Positions 27,499 through 37,608 of a stretch of 64,000 bases of DNA are shown here, piece by piece. The stretch is from the NCBI GenBank assembly GCA_045604985.1, contig JAZUPD010000087.1, positions 1,647 to 65,646 on the forward strand, read 5' to 3'. Numbering within the stretch: position 1 is the stretch's first letter; every line of letters starts with the position of its first letter. The DNA is from Eubacteriales bacterium (GTDB lineage: Bacteria; Bacillota; Clostridia; Oscillospirales; CAG-272). The notes under the pieces were generated by a model, which was not told the origin of the DNA, searched no databases, and worked only from the letters and a program-made list of their open reading frames with translations. The position numbers and the translations under genes were made by a program.

Positions 27499-28671
27499 TT
27501 ATTTTTTTGCAACGCCCGTCTCTCTTGCAGCCTTCATAACAGCCTCGGCAACGATCGTCGAAACTCGATGGTCAAGAGCGGATACTATAATATTTTCTTC
27601 ATTCAACTCATCATCTGAAATAAGAGAGGCAATGGCAAAGGATGCTGCGATCTTCATTTCTTCGTTTATACAGCTTGCACGGCAGCCGAGAGCACCTCGA
27701 AAAATTCCGGGAAAAGCAAGAACGTTGTTTATCTGGTTAGAAAAATCAGAGCGTCCCGTTCCAACTATCCTTGCTCCTGCTTTTTTGGCAAAGTCGGGCA
27801 TTATCTCGGGGGTTGGATTCGCCATAGGGAAAACAATGGGATCCTCTGCCATTGAAGCTACCATTTCCTCGCTAACGATGCCCGGTGCGGAAACCCCCAC
27901 AAAAACGTCCGCTCCTTTCATTGCGTCAGCAAGAGTTCCCATCTTTTTTTCACGGTTTGTGATTCTTGCGATCTCCGCATGAACATTATTAAGCCCCTCC
28001 ATGCCCTCGCAAATGATGCCGAATCGGTCAACCATGGTAAGATTTTCAACGCCGATATTCATAAGGTGCTTCCCGATGGCAATTCCCGCAGAACCTGCAC
28101 CGCTGATTACTACCTTGACCTTTTTTATATCCTTTTTCACTACCTTGATAGCATTTATAAGAGCGGACGCCACGACGACAGCTGTTCCGTGTTGGTCGTC
28201 ATGGAAAACGGGAATGTCGCAAATTTCTTTAAGTTTTTTTTCGATTTCAAAGCAGCGGGGTGCGCTGATATCCTCAAGATTTATGCCCCCAAAACTGCCC
28301 GAGATGAGATATATGGTGCGAACTATCTCGTCAACATCCTTTGAGCGGACGCAGATAGGGAACGCATCAACATCCGCAAAGCTCTTGAAAAGTGCACATT
28401 TTCCTTCCATAACGGGCATTCCCGCCTCCGGTCCAATATCACCGAGACCAAGGACCGCAGTTCCGTCCGTCACCACCGCAACAAGATTTGAGCGGCGGGT
28501 AAGTTCAAAGGATTTTTCATAATCCTTGTTTATTTCGAGACATGGCTCGGCAACTCCGGGAGTATATGCAATCGAAAGGTCTTCGCGGCTCTCAATGGGG
28601 CATCTTGAAACTACCTCAATCTTTCCATTCCATTCATAATGTTTCTTTAATGATTCTTTTTTGATATCCAT
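27499..28671 (-). CDS. NAD(P)-dependent malic enzyme
   Basis: LSIAYTPGVAEPC, VAVVTDGTAVLGLGDIG and VISGAGSAGIA (Rossmann) are typical of the short prokaryotic malic enzymes. Confidence 0.9.
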   Translation of the reverse strand: MDIKKESLKKHYEWNGKIEVVSRCPIESREDLSIAYTPGVAEPCLEINKDYEKSFELTRRSNLVAVVTDGTAVLGLGDIGPEAGMPVMEGKCALFKSFADVDAFPICVRSKDVDEIVRTIYLISGSFGGINLEDISAPRCFEIEKKLKEICDIPVFHDDQHGTAVVVASALINAIKVVKKDIKKVKVVISGAGSAGIAIGKHLMNIGVENLTMVDRFGIICEGMEGLNNVHAEIARITNREKKMGTLADAMKGADVFVGVSAPGIVSEEMVASMAEDPIVFPMANPTPEIMPDFAKKAGARIVGTGRSDFSNQINNVLAFPGIFRGALGCRASCINEEMKIAASFAIASLISDDELNEENIIVSALDHRVSTIVAEAVMKAARETGVAKK

Positions 28672-28897
28672 TTTCTCGACCTTCTTACTTTGAATTTAAC
28701 ACATTATACAAGAAAATTCATGTATTTTCAAGATGTTTCACAAAAAAAATCAATACAGAAAAAATTATATATATTTTTTCGTTACATGATACCCACGATA
28801 ATGATTGATTTAAAATATCCACCAAAATTTATGAACAAATATCTAGGATTTTTTAACCATCACGATCTTCCGCTTGCCGTCATGTTTAAAAAAACTC

Positions 28898-28926
28898 TTG
28901 ACAAGCGGGGAAAATAATGATATAAT
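28898..28926 (+). promoter_or_regulatory. sigmaA-type promoter of the thrS T-box leader
   Basis: TTGACA (28898-28903), 17 nt, TATAAT (28921-28926). Confidence 0.6.
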
Positions 28927-28932
28927 TATAAC

Positions 28933-29166
28933 GATAAAGGCTTTGAAGGAAAGAGTAAGCAAAGGAAAGCCGTTCAGAGAGAGGGGCAGATGCTGTGAGT
29001 CCCTTACGCCCCTTTGACGAAGACCGTTCCCGAGCCGCAATGCACAAAATCATGTTTTTGAAAAGCATTGCCGTCCTCCTGCGTTAAAGGCTCTTGAGTT
29101 AAAGATCAAGGTGGAACCGTGTTCTTGCACCCTTGTCGGCATTGTTTGCCGCTTTGGGTGTTTTTT
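28933..29166 (+). promoter_or_regulatory. T-box riboswitch leader, threonine specifier
   Basis: AGAGA box (about 28975). Specifier-loop context GAAG-ACC-G with the ACC Thr codon at 29023-29025. T-box sequence AAGGTGGAACCGTG (29108-29121). Terminator GCACCCTTGTCGGC...GCCGCTTTGGGTG plus TTTTTT (29127-29166). Sits upstream of thrS. Confidence 0.85.
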
Positions 29167-29207
29167 ATTTGCTTCAAAAATTTTTGTATAAATAAAAGGA
29201 GAAAAAA

Positions 29208-30971
29208 ATGAAAGTCATTTACAACGACGGTCACGTGGCAGAATGTGCTCCCGAGGAGGAGCTTCATATACTCCGTCACAGTGCCGCACACATCATGGCA
29301 CAGGCTATAAGCCACCTTTACCCCGAGGCGAAATTTGCTTACGGCCCCGCAAACGAAAAGGGGTTCTACTATGATGTGGACCTGGGAGAAACAAAGCTCA
29401 CAGAAGAAGATCTTCAGAGCATTGAAAAAGAAATGAAAAAGATCACAAAAGAAAATCTTCCAATAAAGCCCTTTTCTCTTCCCCGTGAAGAAGCTATCAA
29501 GCTTATGGAAGAACGAGGCGAAATCTATAAGGTCGAGCATATTGGAGACCTTGATGAGGATGCTACCATAACCTTCTATCAGCAAGGCGACTATATAGAT
29601 ATGTGCGTTGGTCCTCATATCTGCTATACAAAGGCACTTAAGGCATTCAAGATTATGGATCAGTCCGGTGCATATTGGAAGAATGATAAGAACAATAAGA
29701 TGCTTACTCGTATCAAGGGCATTGCATTCCCCTCGCAGGCAGAACTTGACGAATATCTTAAATTCCTTGAGGAGGCGGAAAAGCGAGACCACAGAAAGAT
29801 AGGCAAGGAAATGAAGCTCTTTATGTTTAGCGAAGAAGCTCCCGGCTTTCCTTTCTTCCTGCCAAAAGGAATGCTCATTAAGAACACCCTCATCGACTAT
29901 TGGAGAGAGATACACACAAGAGAGGATTACGTCGAAATCCAGACCCCCCTTATTATGAACCGCCACCTTTGGGAGACCAGCGGACACTGGGATCACTATA
30001 AGGACAATATGTATTCAACCACCATCGACGAGGAAACATACTGCGTTAAGCCTATGAACTGCCCCGGCGGAGTTATGGTATATCGTAGCGATCTCCATTC
30101 TTACAGAGATCTTCCCATAAGAGCGGGTGAGCTTGGCCTTGTTCACAGACATGAGCTTAAGGGTGCGCTTCACGGACTTTTCCGCGTTCGTTGCTTCACA
30201 CAAGACGATGCTCATATCTTCATGCGTCGCGATCAAATCACCGACGAGATCGTTAATGTCGTTCATCTTATCAATGAAGTGTATGAAAAATTCGGCTTCA
30301 AATACAGCGTTGAGCTTTCAACACGACCTGAAGACAGCATGGGCAGTGACGAAGATTGGTCTGCAGCAACGAACGGTCTTATAAACGCCCTTGAAAAGCT
30401 TGGACTTCCCTACACTATCAACGAGGGTGACGGCGCATTCTACGGACCGAAGATAGACTTCCATCTGGAAGACTCTATCGGCAGAACATGGCAGTGCGGT
30501 ACTATTCAGCTTGACTTCCAAATGCCTATCAATTTTGGACTTGAATATACAGACGACAAGGGTGAAAAACAAAGACCTATCATGATCCACAGAGTTTGCT
30601 TTGGCTCTATTGAACGCTTCATCGGCGTTCTTACGGAGCATTTTGCAGGAAAGTTCCCCACATGGCTCGCACCCGTTCAGGCAAAGGTACTTCTCGTTTC
30701 CGAAAAGTGTGCTGAATACGGCGAAAAGGTATATGAGGCTCTTCGTGCGGCAAAGGTCAGATGTGAGCTTGACAACAGAAACGAAAAGATCGGATATATG
30801 ATCCGAGAGGCACAGGTCATCGACAGAGTTCCCTATATGCTCATCATCGGTCAGAAGGAAGCGGAGGAGGGTAATATTTCGGTTCGTAACCGTGACACCG
30901 GCACAACAGAGACTATGTCCCTTGACGAATTCATCGTAAAGATCACAGAAGAGATCAAGGAAAGAAAATAA
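29208..30971 (+). CDS. thrS: threonine--tRNA ligase (short N-terminus)
   Basis: LRHSAAHIMAQAI (editing domain), class-II motifs (FRVRCFTQDDAHIF, GTIQLDF) and a C-terminal anticodon-binding domain. 587 aa. Confidence 0.95.
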   Translation: MKVIYNDGHVAECAPEEELHILRHSAAHIMAQAISHLYPEAKFAYGPANEKGFYYDVDLGETKLTEEDLQSIEKEMKKITKENLPIKPFSLPREEAIKLMEERGEIYKVEHIGDLDEDATITFYQQGDYIDMCVGPHICYTKALKAFKIMDQSGAYWKNDKNNKMLTRIKGIAFPSQAELDEYLKFLEEAEKRDHRKIGKEMKLFMFSEEAPGFPFFLPKGMLIKNTLIDYWREIHTREDYVEIQTPLIMNRHLWETSGHWDHYKDNMYSTTIDEETYCVKPMNCPGGVMVYRSDLHSYRDLPIRAGELGLVHRHELKGALHGLFRVRCFTQDDAHIFMRRDQITDEIVNVVHLINEVYEKFGFKYSVELSTRPEDSMGSDEDWSAATNGLINALEKLGLPYTINEGDGAFYGPKIDFHLEDSIGRTWQCGTIQLDFQMPINFGLEYTDDKGEKQRPIMIHRVCFGSIERFIGVLTEHFAGKFPTWLAPVQAKVLLVSEKCAEYGEKVYEALRAAKVRCELDNRNEKIGYMIREAQVIDRVPYMLIIGQKEAEEGNISVRNRDTGTTETMSLDEFIVKITEEIKERK

Positions 30972-30985
30972 TTTTTCACAAAACA

Positions 30986-31020
30986 GCAAAAACCAAGGCG
31001 TAAGCCTTGGTTTTTGCTTT
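30986..31020. terminator. bidirectional intrinsic terminator
   Basis: GCAAAAACCAAGGC-gtaa-GCCTTGGTTTTTGC, a perfect 14-bp stem with A/T runs built into the arms. Lies between convergent thrS and the DUF47 gene. Confidence 0.65.
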
Positions 31021-31060
31021 GCTTTAAATAATATTTATCGCTAAAAATATTCAAAAACTA

Positions 31061-31681
31061 TTAGGTATTTTTCATTATCACAGAGCCAATGCAATCACTT
31101 ACATGCTCGCATGCGTCTGCACATTCCTCAAAAATTTCATATATCTTGCGCCAGGAAATAGTTTCAAGAGCATCCTTTGAGGTAACTGTAAGCTCTCTCA
31201 TTGAGGAAAGATAAATTTTGTCACATTCTTCTTCAACATCATTTATCTCAATGATAAGCGAACGCAGTTTTTTTGACTTTTTAAAGTTTTCAAATTCGCC
31301 CATTACCGAGCAAAGAAGCTCGCAGGATCTTACAAGCCTTTCGGCAAGAACAATCGCCGAGGGACGGATAATTTTTATATCGTAGATATAAAACTTCTGC
31401 AAAAGCTCTTCTATGATATCAACAACATCATCAAGAATTCTGCTGAGCATATCCAGATCCTCTCTGTCAATGGGGGTTACAAATGCTTTTGCAAGTGCCT
31501 CAGTCATCTCATGCTTCTTCATATCTGCGCTATGTTCGATCTCATGCATTTTATCAAGCATTTTGCCTATGTTATCAGGTGAATAGTCCTTCAAGCACTC
31601 AACAAGATATTCTGCAGCATCTTTTGCAATAGCAGTGCATTTTTCCAGATTTTCAAAATAAAATTTATCGCCCTTTGCCAT
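31061..31681 (-). CDS. DUF47-family (PhoU-like) phosphate transport regulator
   Basis: 206 aa all-helical protein immediately downstream of a PiT transporter. N-terminus FYFENLEKCTAIAKDAAEYL is typical of the TIGR00153/DUF47 family. Confidence 0.75.
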   Translation of the reverse strand: MAKGDKFYFENLEKCTAIAKDAAEYLVECLKDYSPDNIGKMLDKMHEIEHSADMKKHEMTEALAKAFVTPIDREDLDMLSRILDDVVDIIEELLQKFYIYDIKIIRPSAIVLAERLVRSCELLCSVMGEFENFKKSKKLRSLIIEINDVEEECDKIYLSSMRELTVTSKDALETISWRKIYEIFEECADACEHVSDCIGSVIMKNT

Positions 31682-31694
31682 TTTTTATATCTCC

Positions 31695-32747
31695 TTAAAT
31701 AAAAATTATCATAAAAAGCTTCGTCATAAGAAAGCCAACAAGTCCGCATCCCGGGAACGTCAATATCCATGTGAGAACCATTTCCTTCACGACTCCAAAA
31801 TTGATAGCAGATGCTCTCTTTACAGCACCAACACCCATAATGGATGTTGTTTTTGCATGGGTCGTTGAAACGGGAAGGCTGAAAACAGAACAGAAAAGCA
31901 GAGAGATCGCACCTGCGATATCTGCTGAAAAGCCCTGATATTTTTCAAGCTTAACCATATCCATTCCAACAGATTTTATTATTTTTTTACCGCCCATTGC
32001 AGTTCCCAGAGCCATAACAACCGAGCAGATCACCATGAGCCATATCGGAATGGTTATATCCGATGGGAGTGCCTGTCCTCTCGACATATAAACGCAAAGA
32101 AGAATAACTCCCATAAATTTCTGACCGTCCTGAGCTCCGTGCATAAACGCCATTGAAGCCGCTCCAACGATCTGGGCTCCTCTGAAAAAGCCCTCGGTCT
32201 TTTGCCTGTTTGCCTTATAAAATATCTTCGTAACGAACTTGCACACGAACCATCCAAGACCAAATCCAAGCACGACTGAGATCACGATTCCGTAAAAAAC
32301 CTTGACCCATTCGCTGCCGTTTACGCCGTCAAAGCTGCCGTGAAGAGCAATGGCACTTCCCGTAAGACCTGCAATAAGCGCATGGCTCTCGCTTGTGGGA
32401 ATTCCGAATACCCAAGCAAGAGTTGCCCAGAGAACGATAGCGAAAAGTGCTGCACTAAGAGCAATGATCGCTTTGTCCGGATCATTTCCGAAATCCACCA
32501 TTTTTGTGATAGTCTCAGCAACCGTGGCATTTATCATCGTCATAAAGAAAACGCCGAGAAAATTGAAGACCGCCGCCATAAGTATTGCCGCCCTCGGCTG
32601 CATACACCTTGTTGTCACACAAGTGGCAATAGCGTTTGGGGCATCCGTCCAGCCGTTTACAAGAATAACGCCAAGAGTCAGAGTTACTGCAATAAACAAG
32701 AGCGGATTTGCCGTCATCTGGTACCAAAAATCCAGTATAGAACCCAT
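31695..32747 (-). CDS. pit: inorganic phosphate transporter, PiT family
   Basis: VNGWTDAPNAIAT and a second-half repeat (PVSTTHAKTTSIMGVG). Polytopic. RBS AGAGAGG lies 6 nt before the ATG. Confidence 0.9.
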   Translation of the reverse strand: MGSILDFWYQMTANPLLFIAVTLTLGVILVNGWTDAPNAIATCVTTRCMQPRAAILMAAVFNFLGVFFMTMINATVAETITKMVDFGNDPDKAIIALSAALFAIVLWATLAWVFGIPTSESHALIAGLTGSAIALHGSFDGVNGSEWVKVFYGIVISVVLGFGLGWFVCKFVTKIFYKANRQKTEGFFRGAQIVGAASMAFMHGAQDGQKFMGVILLCVYMSRGQALPSDITIPIWLMVICSVVMALGTAMGGKKIIKSVGMDMVKLEKYQGFSADIAGAISLLFCSVFSLPVSTTHAKTTSIMGVGAVKRASAINFGVVKEMVLTWILTFPGCGLVGFLMTKLFMIIFI

Positions 32748-33127
32748 ATTAAACCTCTCTTTCAGAATAGTTACGAATTAAGTATAATGTATTTTGTTCC
32801 AAAACGCAATAGTTCCAAGCAAAATTTTACATACATTTGATTTTTGCTTAATAAAGCCTTTCTGCTCAATGGACTCATCTGCATTGTGAAAAACGAAGTT
32901 GTCAGCTGTAAATGACTCGACAGAATAGCATTTTTTCGGTCATTTTTCTTTGCAGTGGCATCGTGACTCATTCTTGTTTTCTATTATCCAACAAAGGTAA
33001 AAGATTCAAAAGCTATCTTGGAAAAAGAACAGCTTACAACCGCAAGTACAGATCTCATCGAAGTCCTTATCTCAACAGCCGTCTTTCGGGATCACAAAAA
33101 TACTCTCAAATGTTGGTTAAACGATAC

Positions 33128-33158
33128 GGGGACTGACCGCAGAAAAGCGACAGTCCCC
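33128..33158 (-). terminator. hairpin after dnaE (weak U-tract)
   Basis: Minus strand: GGGGACTGTCGC-ttttct-GCGGTCAGTCCCC, 10 nt after the dnaE stop. It is followed by gtatcgTTT only, so terminator function is uncertain. Confidence 0.35.
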
Positions 33159-33167
33159 ATATAAAAT

Positions 33168-36100
33168 TCATTTCAAAACGACATTTTCTTCTCCAATTAT
33201 ATTTTTAAGCTGTTCAATAAGAAAATCATCCACAAATGCACCCGTGCCATAGGTCTGATATTTTGCCTTTGAGCTATCATAGAACACCGTCTGAACAGGC
33301 CCATCAAAAATATCTATCAGATTCGCTGCTTTTTTATATTCCTCACATTCAAGATCGGGAACTCTTATAAAAAGCTTCCTTTCTGTCCTTTCCCCGCTCT
33401 CCGCCCTTGATGCTTCGGTATAGGAGTTTGCAGCGGCTTTATTCGTTTTTTCTGCATAACGGGAATTTTCCAAAAGTCTCTCAAGAGATGACACTATGAC
33501 CTTTGGCTTTTCATCCTCTCTTATAGAGAGATTGCCCATAACGAAAATTGCCTCATCCTCCGCTACATATGGTGAAAGAAGCGCATACTGCTTTGCAAAC
33601 ACTATACATTCAAGCTCACTATATTTATTGGAAAGTGTGAAAAACGCCATCGTATCGCCATTTTTGGTGGTCTTTCTGGTTACCGAGGTTACTATTCCGC
33701 AAAGGCGAACAGGCTGTCTGTCTTTATAATCGGGAGCTTCGTCAATTTCGTTATCCTCATTTCCGAGAGACGCTATTTCCTCCATGCTGCTCGGTGAAAG
33801 AGACTCAATGTGCTTTGAAAATCCGTCAAGAAGATGCCCCGAAAAATACATTCCCGAGCTTTCTCTCTCGAGCAAAAGAAGCTCACGCATCGAATATTCG
33901 GGAAGATCGGGATATACATATGAAACAGCTCCCGAATCGGGAACCGCCGAAAACATATCAAGCTGCCCCGATATATTCATCCTGTTTTTGCTTTGAATTT
34001 TATCCAGGATCTCCTCAAAGCTTATCATAAGAGATCTTCGGTTCACTCCCAAATTATCAAATGTGCCTGCCTTTATAAGCATTTCAACGCCGCGGCGGTT
34101 AAGATTTTGACCGCTCATTCTCTCGGCAAAATCCTCAAAGCTTCTGAACGATCCGGAGCGTCTTTCTTTTACTATTGCATCAACAAAAGGAACTCCCAGA
34201 TTTTTAAGCGCAAGAAGTCCAAAGCGGATATCCTTTCCGCTCACATGGAAATTCATCTCGCTCTCATTTATATCGGGTGGCAGAACATTTATTCCAAGCT
34301 TTCCGCAGTCAACTATATATTCCGCAACCTTTTCGGGGCTTCCGAGAACGCTTGTAAGAAGTGCCGCAAGATACTGGCGGGGATAATGAGCCTTAAGATA
34401 AGCGGTTCTATATGAAATAATGCCGTATGCCGCAGCATGGCTCTTGTTAAAAGCATAATTTGCAAAGCTTGTAAGCTCCTCAAAAAGCTCAGCGGCGTCA
34501 TTTTCATCTATTCCTTTTGAAATCGCACCGGAAATAAAGCTTTCCTTTTCTGCCGCAATTACCGATGCTTTCTTTTTTGACATTGCTCGACGCACTATAT
34601 CCGCATGACCATAGCTATATCCGGCAACCTCACGGCAAATGCTCATCACCTGCTCCTGATAAACGACGCATCCATATGTTGAACTCAATATTCCTTCAAG
34701 CTGTGGAAGCTTATATTCCACCTTTTCGGGGTTATGGCGGCATTCTATATACTTGGGAATAGATTCCATGGGTCCAGGTCGATATAGTGCTATTGCGGCG
34801 ATAACGTCGTCAAGACAGTCAGGGCGAAGATTTTGAAGAGTTACCCTCATTCCACCGCTTTCAAGCTGAAAAACGCCCTTAGTCTGCCCTTTTGAAATAA
34901 GCTCAAAGGTCTCTTTATCATCAAGCTTTATTTTTTCGATATCAAAATCAGGCTCGCTTTCCTTTATTTGGCGGCAAGCATCGTCGATTATGGTAAGATA
35001 ACGGAGAGCAAGAAAATCAAATTTCAAAAGTCCGAGAGAAGCAATGGTATCCATATCATATTGGGTAACGACCGCACCGTTGCTCTGAGAAAGAGGTACG
35101 TAGCTCCATATGGGCTTGTCGGTTATAACTATTCCCGCCGCATGGATGGAGACGTTTCTGGGCATTCCCTCAATGGCAAGGGCAGTGTCTATAAGTCTCC
35201 TTACATTTGGGGATTCGTCATAAAGCCTTTTAAGCTCCGGAAGCTTCATAGCAACAGAAAGAGTTATACCGATGGCATGAGGAATGAGCTTCGCAATGCC
35301 GTCAACCTCTGAATATGGCATTCCCAAAGCTCTTCCAACATCTCTGACAGCCGCTCTTGCCGCAAGAGTACCAAACGTTATTATCTGAGAAACATGATCT
35401 CTGCCGTATTTTTCGGCAACATATTCGATGACCTCGTCTCGTCTGTTATAGCAAAAATCTACGTCGATATCGGGCATACTCACTCTCTCGGGATTGAGAA
35501 AACGCTCAAAAAGCAGATCAAATTTTATCGAATCCACATCGGTTATTCCAATGAGATAAGCAACAAGGCTTCCCGCACCCGAGCCACGCCCCGGACCTAC
35601 GGGGATCTTTTTATTCTTGGCAAAATTTATATAATCTGCAACAATAAGAAAATACTCGGAATATCCCATGCTTTCAATAACGGAAAGCTCATAAGCCATT
35701 CTTTCTCTGTATTCTTTCTCACAATGCACGTCATCGAAAATGATAAGTCCGCTATCGACCTTTTTCTTCATCCCTTTTTCCGCAAGAGAAGAAAGATATT
35801 CTGCGGGATCGCTACCGTCAGGAGTTTTGAAGGTCGGCAGATAAAGATGATCAAAATCAAAATCGAAATTACATTTTTCAGCAATTTTAACGGTATTTTC
35901 GATCGCTCCCTCGTATTCACCGAAAAGGGCTTCCATTTCATCTGCACTTTTCAGATAAAACTCGTCCGTTTCAAAACCCGTATTTACATCGTCATCAACG
36001 GTGGCATTCATCTGAACACACATAAGCACCTTTTGGGCATACGCATCTCTTTTTCGCAGATAATGAACATCGTTTGTTGCAACAAGACCGATACCACATT

Positions 36101-36689
36101 CAGTGGCAAGAGACACAAGACTCGGAAGTATCTCCTTCTGCTCACTTATTCCGTGATTCTGAATTTCGATATAATAATCCTCTCCAAAAATCTCTTTCAT
36201 TTGGAGAGCGTGAGCTTTTGCTTCCTCGTAGAATCCCGAAAGAAGAAGACGCGGAATCCTTCCCGCAAGGCAGGCAGAAAGAGCAATAAGCCCTTCCGAA
36301 TGTTGTCGGAGAAGCTCCATATCAATTCTGGGCTTTGAGAAAAAGCCCTCGGTAAACCCTTTTGAAACAAGGTAGATAAGATTCTGATAACCAACATCAT
36401 TTTTGCAAAGGAGTACAAGATGGTTATATGCACCCTCTGTGGCAGTGTTTGCCTTTTCAAATCTGGAAGCAGGCGCAACATAGACCTCTGAGCCTATTAT
36501 CGGCTTTATCCCCTCGGATTTGCAGGTGCGGTAAAATGCCACGGCACCGTACATATTGCCATGGTCAGTTATCGCAATTGCCCTCTGTCCGCATTCCTTC
36601 ACCGCCGCAGGTATATCTTTTATGCGGCAAGCACCGTCAAGCAGACTATATTCACTGTGAAAATGAAGGTGAACAAAATCCTTTGCCAT
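33168..36689 (-). CDS. dnaE: DNA polymerase III alpha subunit (DnaE type)
   Basis: PHP domain FVHLHFHSEYSLLDGA, palm/fingers (PDIDVDF, GLLKFDFLALRYLT) and an OB-fold C-terminus. 1173 aa. Confidence 0.95.
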   Translation of the reverse strand: MAKDFVHLHFHSEYSLLDGACRIKDIPAAVKECGQRAIAITDHGNMYGAVAFYRTCKSEGIKPIIGSEVYVAPASRFEKANTATEGAYNHLVLLCKNDVGYQNLIYLVSKGFTEGFFSKPRIDMELLRQHSEGLIALSACLAGRIPRLLLSGFYEEAKAHALQMKEIFGEDYYIEIQNHGISEQKEILPSLVSLATECGIGLVATNDVHYLRKRDAYAQKVLMCVQMNATVDDDVNTGFETDEFYLKSADEMEALFGEYEGAIENTVKIAEKCNFDFDFDHLYLPTFKTPDGSDPAEYLSSLAEKGMKKKVDSGLIIFDDVHCEKEYRERMAYELSVIESMGYSEYFLIVADYINFAKNKKIPVGPGRGSGAGSLVAYLIGITDVDSIKFDLLFERFLNPERVSMPDIDVDFCYNRRDEVIEYVAEKYGRDHVSQIITFGTLAARAAVRDVGRALGMPYSEVDGIAKLIPHAIGITLSVAMKLPELKRLYDESPNVRRLIDTALAIEGMPRNVSIHAAGIVITDKPIWSYVPLSQSNGAVVTQYDMDTIASLGLLKFDFLALRYLTIIDDACRQIKESEPDFDIEKIKLDDKETFELISKGQTKGVFQLESGGMRVTLQNLRPDCLDDVIAAIALYRPGPMESIPKYIECRHNPEKVEYKLPQLEGILSSTYGCVVYQEQVMSICREVAGYSYGHADIVRRAMSKKKASVIAAEKESFISGAISKGIDENDAAELFEELTSFANYAFNKSHAAAYGIISYRTAYLKAHYPRQYLAALLTSVLGSPEKVAEYIVDCGKLGINVLPPDINESEMNFHVSGKDIRFGLLALKNLGVPFVDAIVKERRSGSFRSFEDFAERMSGQNLNRRGVEMLIKAGTFDNLGVNRRSLMISFEEILDKIQSKNRMNISGQLDMFSAVPDSGAVSYVYPDLPEYSMRELLLLERESSGMYFSGHLLDGFSKHIESLSPSSMEEIASLGNEDNEIDEAPDYKDRQPVRLCGIVTSVTRKTTKNGDTMAFFTLSNKYSELECIVFAKQYALLSPYVAEDEAIFVMGNLSIREDEKPKVIVSSLERLLENSRYAEKTNKAAANSYTEASRAESGERTERKLFIRVPDLECEEYKKAANLIDIFDGPVQTVFYDSSKAKYQTYGTGAFVDDFLIEQLKNIIGEENVVLK

Positions 36690-36704
36690 AATTCTCCTTA
36701 CAAA

Positions 36705-37607
36705 TTACAATTTGTTTTTTTCGCCAATATCCTCGGCAAATTTCTTTATCTTTGCAAATCTGTGGCTAAGCCCCGATTTTGAAAGTGGCGGCAGAAACAT
36801 AGAGCAGATCTCCGAAAAAGACGCTTCCGGGTTTTCCATTCTCAGCCTTGCCGTTTCCCGAAGCTCGTCGGGAAGTGAGGGCAAAAGCCCTGCGCTCTCT
36901 ATCTTTTTTATTGCAGCAAGCATATCCTGTGCGGCATTAACAGATTTTGCAATATTCCCCGCCTCGCAGTTTGCCCGTCTGTTACTCTCGTTTCTTATAT
37001 CTCTGAAAATCTTATCATTCATACATTCAAAGAGCATTCTCGATGCCCCAAGGTATGTAAGGATATCCTCTATGCTCTCGCTCCCCTTAAAATAAAGCCC
37101 AACACCGTTTTTTCTGTTGGCAATTTTAGCTTCAAATCCTGCCGTCCTAAGTTCCGAGAAAAAGAGCCTTGCGATCATTGCGTTTTTTATGGAGAATTCA
37201 AGATGATAGCTTTTCATGGGGTCGCTAACGCTTGCGGAAGAAAGAAAAACGCCGCGCATAAAATACAATTTACATTCGTCGCATCTAAAGCCTATCTCAC
37301 CCGAAAGTGAAGCTGCCTCTGCAACTCGCAAAAGAAGCTCCGATGCGGACCTTGAAGAAAAGGTGATTTCAACCCTAATACGCCCCATTCTTCTTTTTTC
37401 GTTTATCTGCGGCTCTTTTCCGAACTGCTCACGCAAAACTTCTGCCGCCGCACTCCAAACACATTCCTGCTCGCTCTCAAACGTAATGCTTCCGTCATCA
37501 TTCGGCACCGAATTTATAAGCAAGCCGAAAATAAATGCCTTTCTGCAGCAGGTCTTTTTCGGAAGTTGTCTTAAAAGCTCTTCCTTTACATTTTCGGAAA
37601 ATGACAT
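36705..37607 (-). CDS. whiA: DNA-binding protein WhiA
   Basis: MSFSENVKEEL... N-terminus, LAGLIDADG-like degenerate domain and a C-terminal HTH (LSKSGLSHRFAKI). Start at ATG 37607 after GGAG. Confidence 0.9.
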   Translation of the reverse strand: MSFSENVKEELLRQLPKKTCCRKAFIFGLLINSVPNDDGSITFESEQECVWSAAAEVLREQFGKEPQINEKRRMGRIRVEITFSSRSASELLLRVAEAASLSGEIGFRCDECKLYFMRGVFLSSASVSDPMKSYHLEFSIKNAMIARLFFSELRTAGFEAKIANRKNGVGLYFKGSESIEDILTYLGASRMLFECMNDKIFRDIRNESNRRANCEAGNIAKSVNAAQDMLAAIKKIESAGLLPSLPDELRETARLRMENPEASFSEICSMFLPPLSKSGLSHRFAKIKKFAEDIGEKNKL

Positions 37608-37608
37608 T

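Noticed and set aside
28690-28917. 75-aa TTG-initiated ORF between the malic enzyme gene and the thrS T-box promoter
   Set aside because: It lies in an AT-rich promoter region, has no RBS, and overlaps the -35 of the T-box promoter. The composition is typical of translated AT-rich spacer.
29106-29996. 296-aa ORF on the minus strand
   Set aside because: It is antisense to thrS and to the T-box terminator. It has no RBS and implausible Cys/Phe/Leu-rich composition.
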